Of a stretch of DNA of 64,000 nucleotides, positions 63,172 to 64,000 are shown piece after piece. The notes below the pieces were generated by a model. It saw nothing but the letters and a program-made list of their open reading frames with translations. It was not told the DNA's origin and ran no database searches. The stretch spans positions 178,562,001 through 178,626,000 of the forward strand of contig NC_086097.1 in assembly GCF_963921235.1 (NCBI RefSeq), written 5' to 3'. The first letter of the stretch is position 1. Each line of letters begins with the position of its first letter. The stretch is from Mobula hypostoma (taxonomy: Eukaryota). The position numbers and the translations under genes are program-made.

Positions 63172-63898
63172 TAACACTCACAACACGCTGGAGGAACTCA
63201 GCAGGTCGGGTAGCATCCGTGGAAACGATCAGTCAATGTTTCGGGCCAGAACCCTTCGTCAGGACTGAAGAGGGAAGGGGCAGAGGCTCTATAAAGAAGG
63301 TGGGTGGGGGGAGGGTGGGAAGGAGAAGGCTGGTAGGTTCCAGGTGAAAAACCAGTAAGGGGAAAGATAAAGGGGTCGGGGGGGGGGGAAGCAGGGAGGG
63401 GATAAGCAGGAAAGGTGAAGAAGGAATAGGGGAAAACACAATGGGTAGTAGAAGGAGGCGGAACCATGAGGGAGGTAATAGGCAGCTGGGGGAGGGGGCA
63501 GAGTGACATAGGGATAGGGGAAGGGAGGGGGAGGGAATTACCGGAAGTTCGAGAATTCTATGTTCATACCAAGGGACTGGAGACTACCTAGATGGTATGT
63601 GAGGTGTTGCTCCTTCAAGCTGAGTTTAGCCTCATCATGGCAGTAGAGGAGGCCATGTACGGACGTATTCGAATGGGAATGTGAAGCAGAGTTGAAGTGG
63701 GTGGCAACCGGGAGATCTTGTCTGTTGTGGCGGACGGAGCGGAGGTGCTCGACGAAGTGGTCCCCCAATCTGCGTCGGGTTTCACCGATGTAGAGGAGGC
63801 CGCACTGGGAGCACCGGATGCAATAGATGACCCCAAGAGACTCTCAAGTGAAGTGTTGCCTCACCTGGAGGGACTGTTTGGGGCCCTGAATGGTGGTG
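63172..63898 (-). mobile_element. Penelope-like 3' fragment (GIY-YIG C-terminus, decayed hammerhead 63231-63266)
   Basis: Peptide GDHFVEHLRSVRHNRQDLPVATHFNSASHSH...NIEFSNFR; minus strand agtcctgacgaagggttctggcccgaaacattgact. Confidence 0.85.
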
Positions 63899-64000
63899 AT
63901 AGTGTTTCCCTGTCCTGCCTGGGTGTGCGTGGGCTCCCTCGGGTGCTTCAGTCTCCTGCCACATCCCAAGGATGTGTGGGTGGCTGTAAGTTGCCCCCTG

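Noticed and set aside
34909..64000. Searched for the large multi-zinc-finger ZNF521 exon (SWPASSPSSKD..., C2H2 arrays)
   Set aside because: No such ORF in the track or sequence; it presumably lies beyond the window.

Overview
Repeat-rich vertebrate genomic DNA; the repeat repertoire (CR1 and L2/Rex LINE fragments, tRNA-headed SINEs, Penelope-like elements) suggests a cartilaginous fish, possibly a ray (inference). The only host gene seen is the 5' part of a + strand ZNF521-type (ZNF521/ZNF423 family) zinc-finger gene. It has a CpG-rich promoter (~4.05-5.8 kb), a leader exon ending at 4761, a micro-exon encoding the NuRD-binding motif MSRRKQAKPRSLR (5303-5342) and a 60-nt exon (14120-14179). 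A decayed remnant of the first zinc-finger exon (~34771-34908) keeps its splice donor but has stops and has lost zinc ligands. The rest is intron. Notable mobile DNA includes inverted Penelope-like insertions with 10-14 bp target duplications and minimal hammerhead ribozymes (two intact, identical copies in the host sense direction), ~220-245 bp hairpin derivatives of them, a Tigger-like element and an internally deleted Rex/L2-type LINE derivative. Most ORF-track entries are TE debris or low-complexity artefacts. Homology calls rest on remembered sequences, not database searches, and TE boundaries are approximate.
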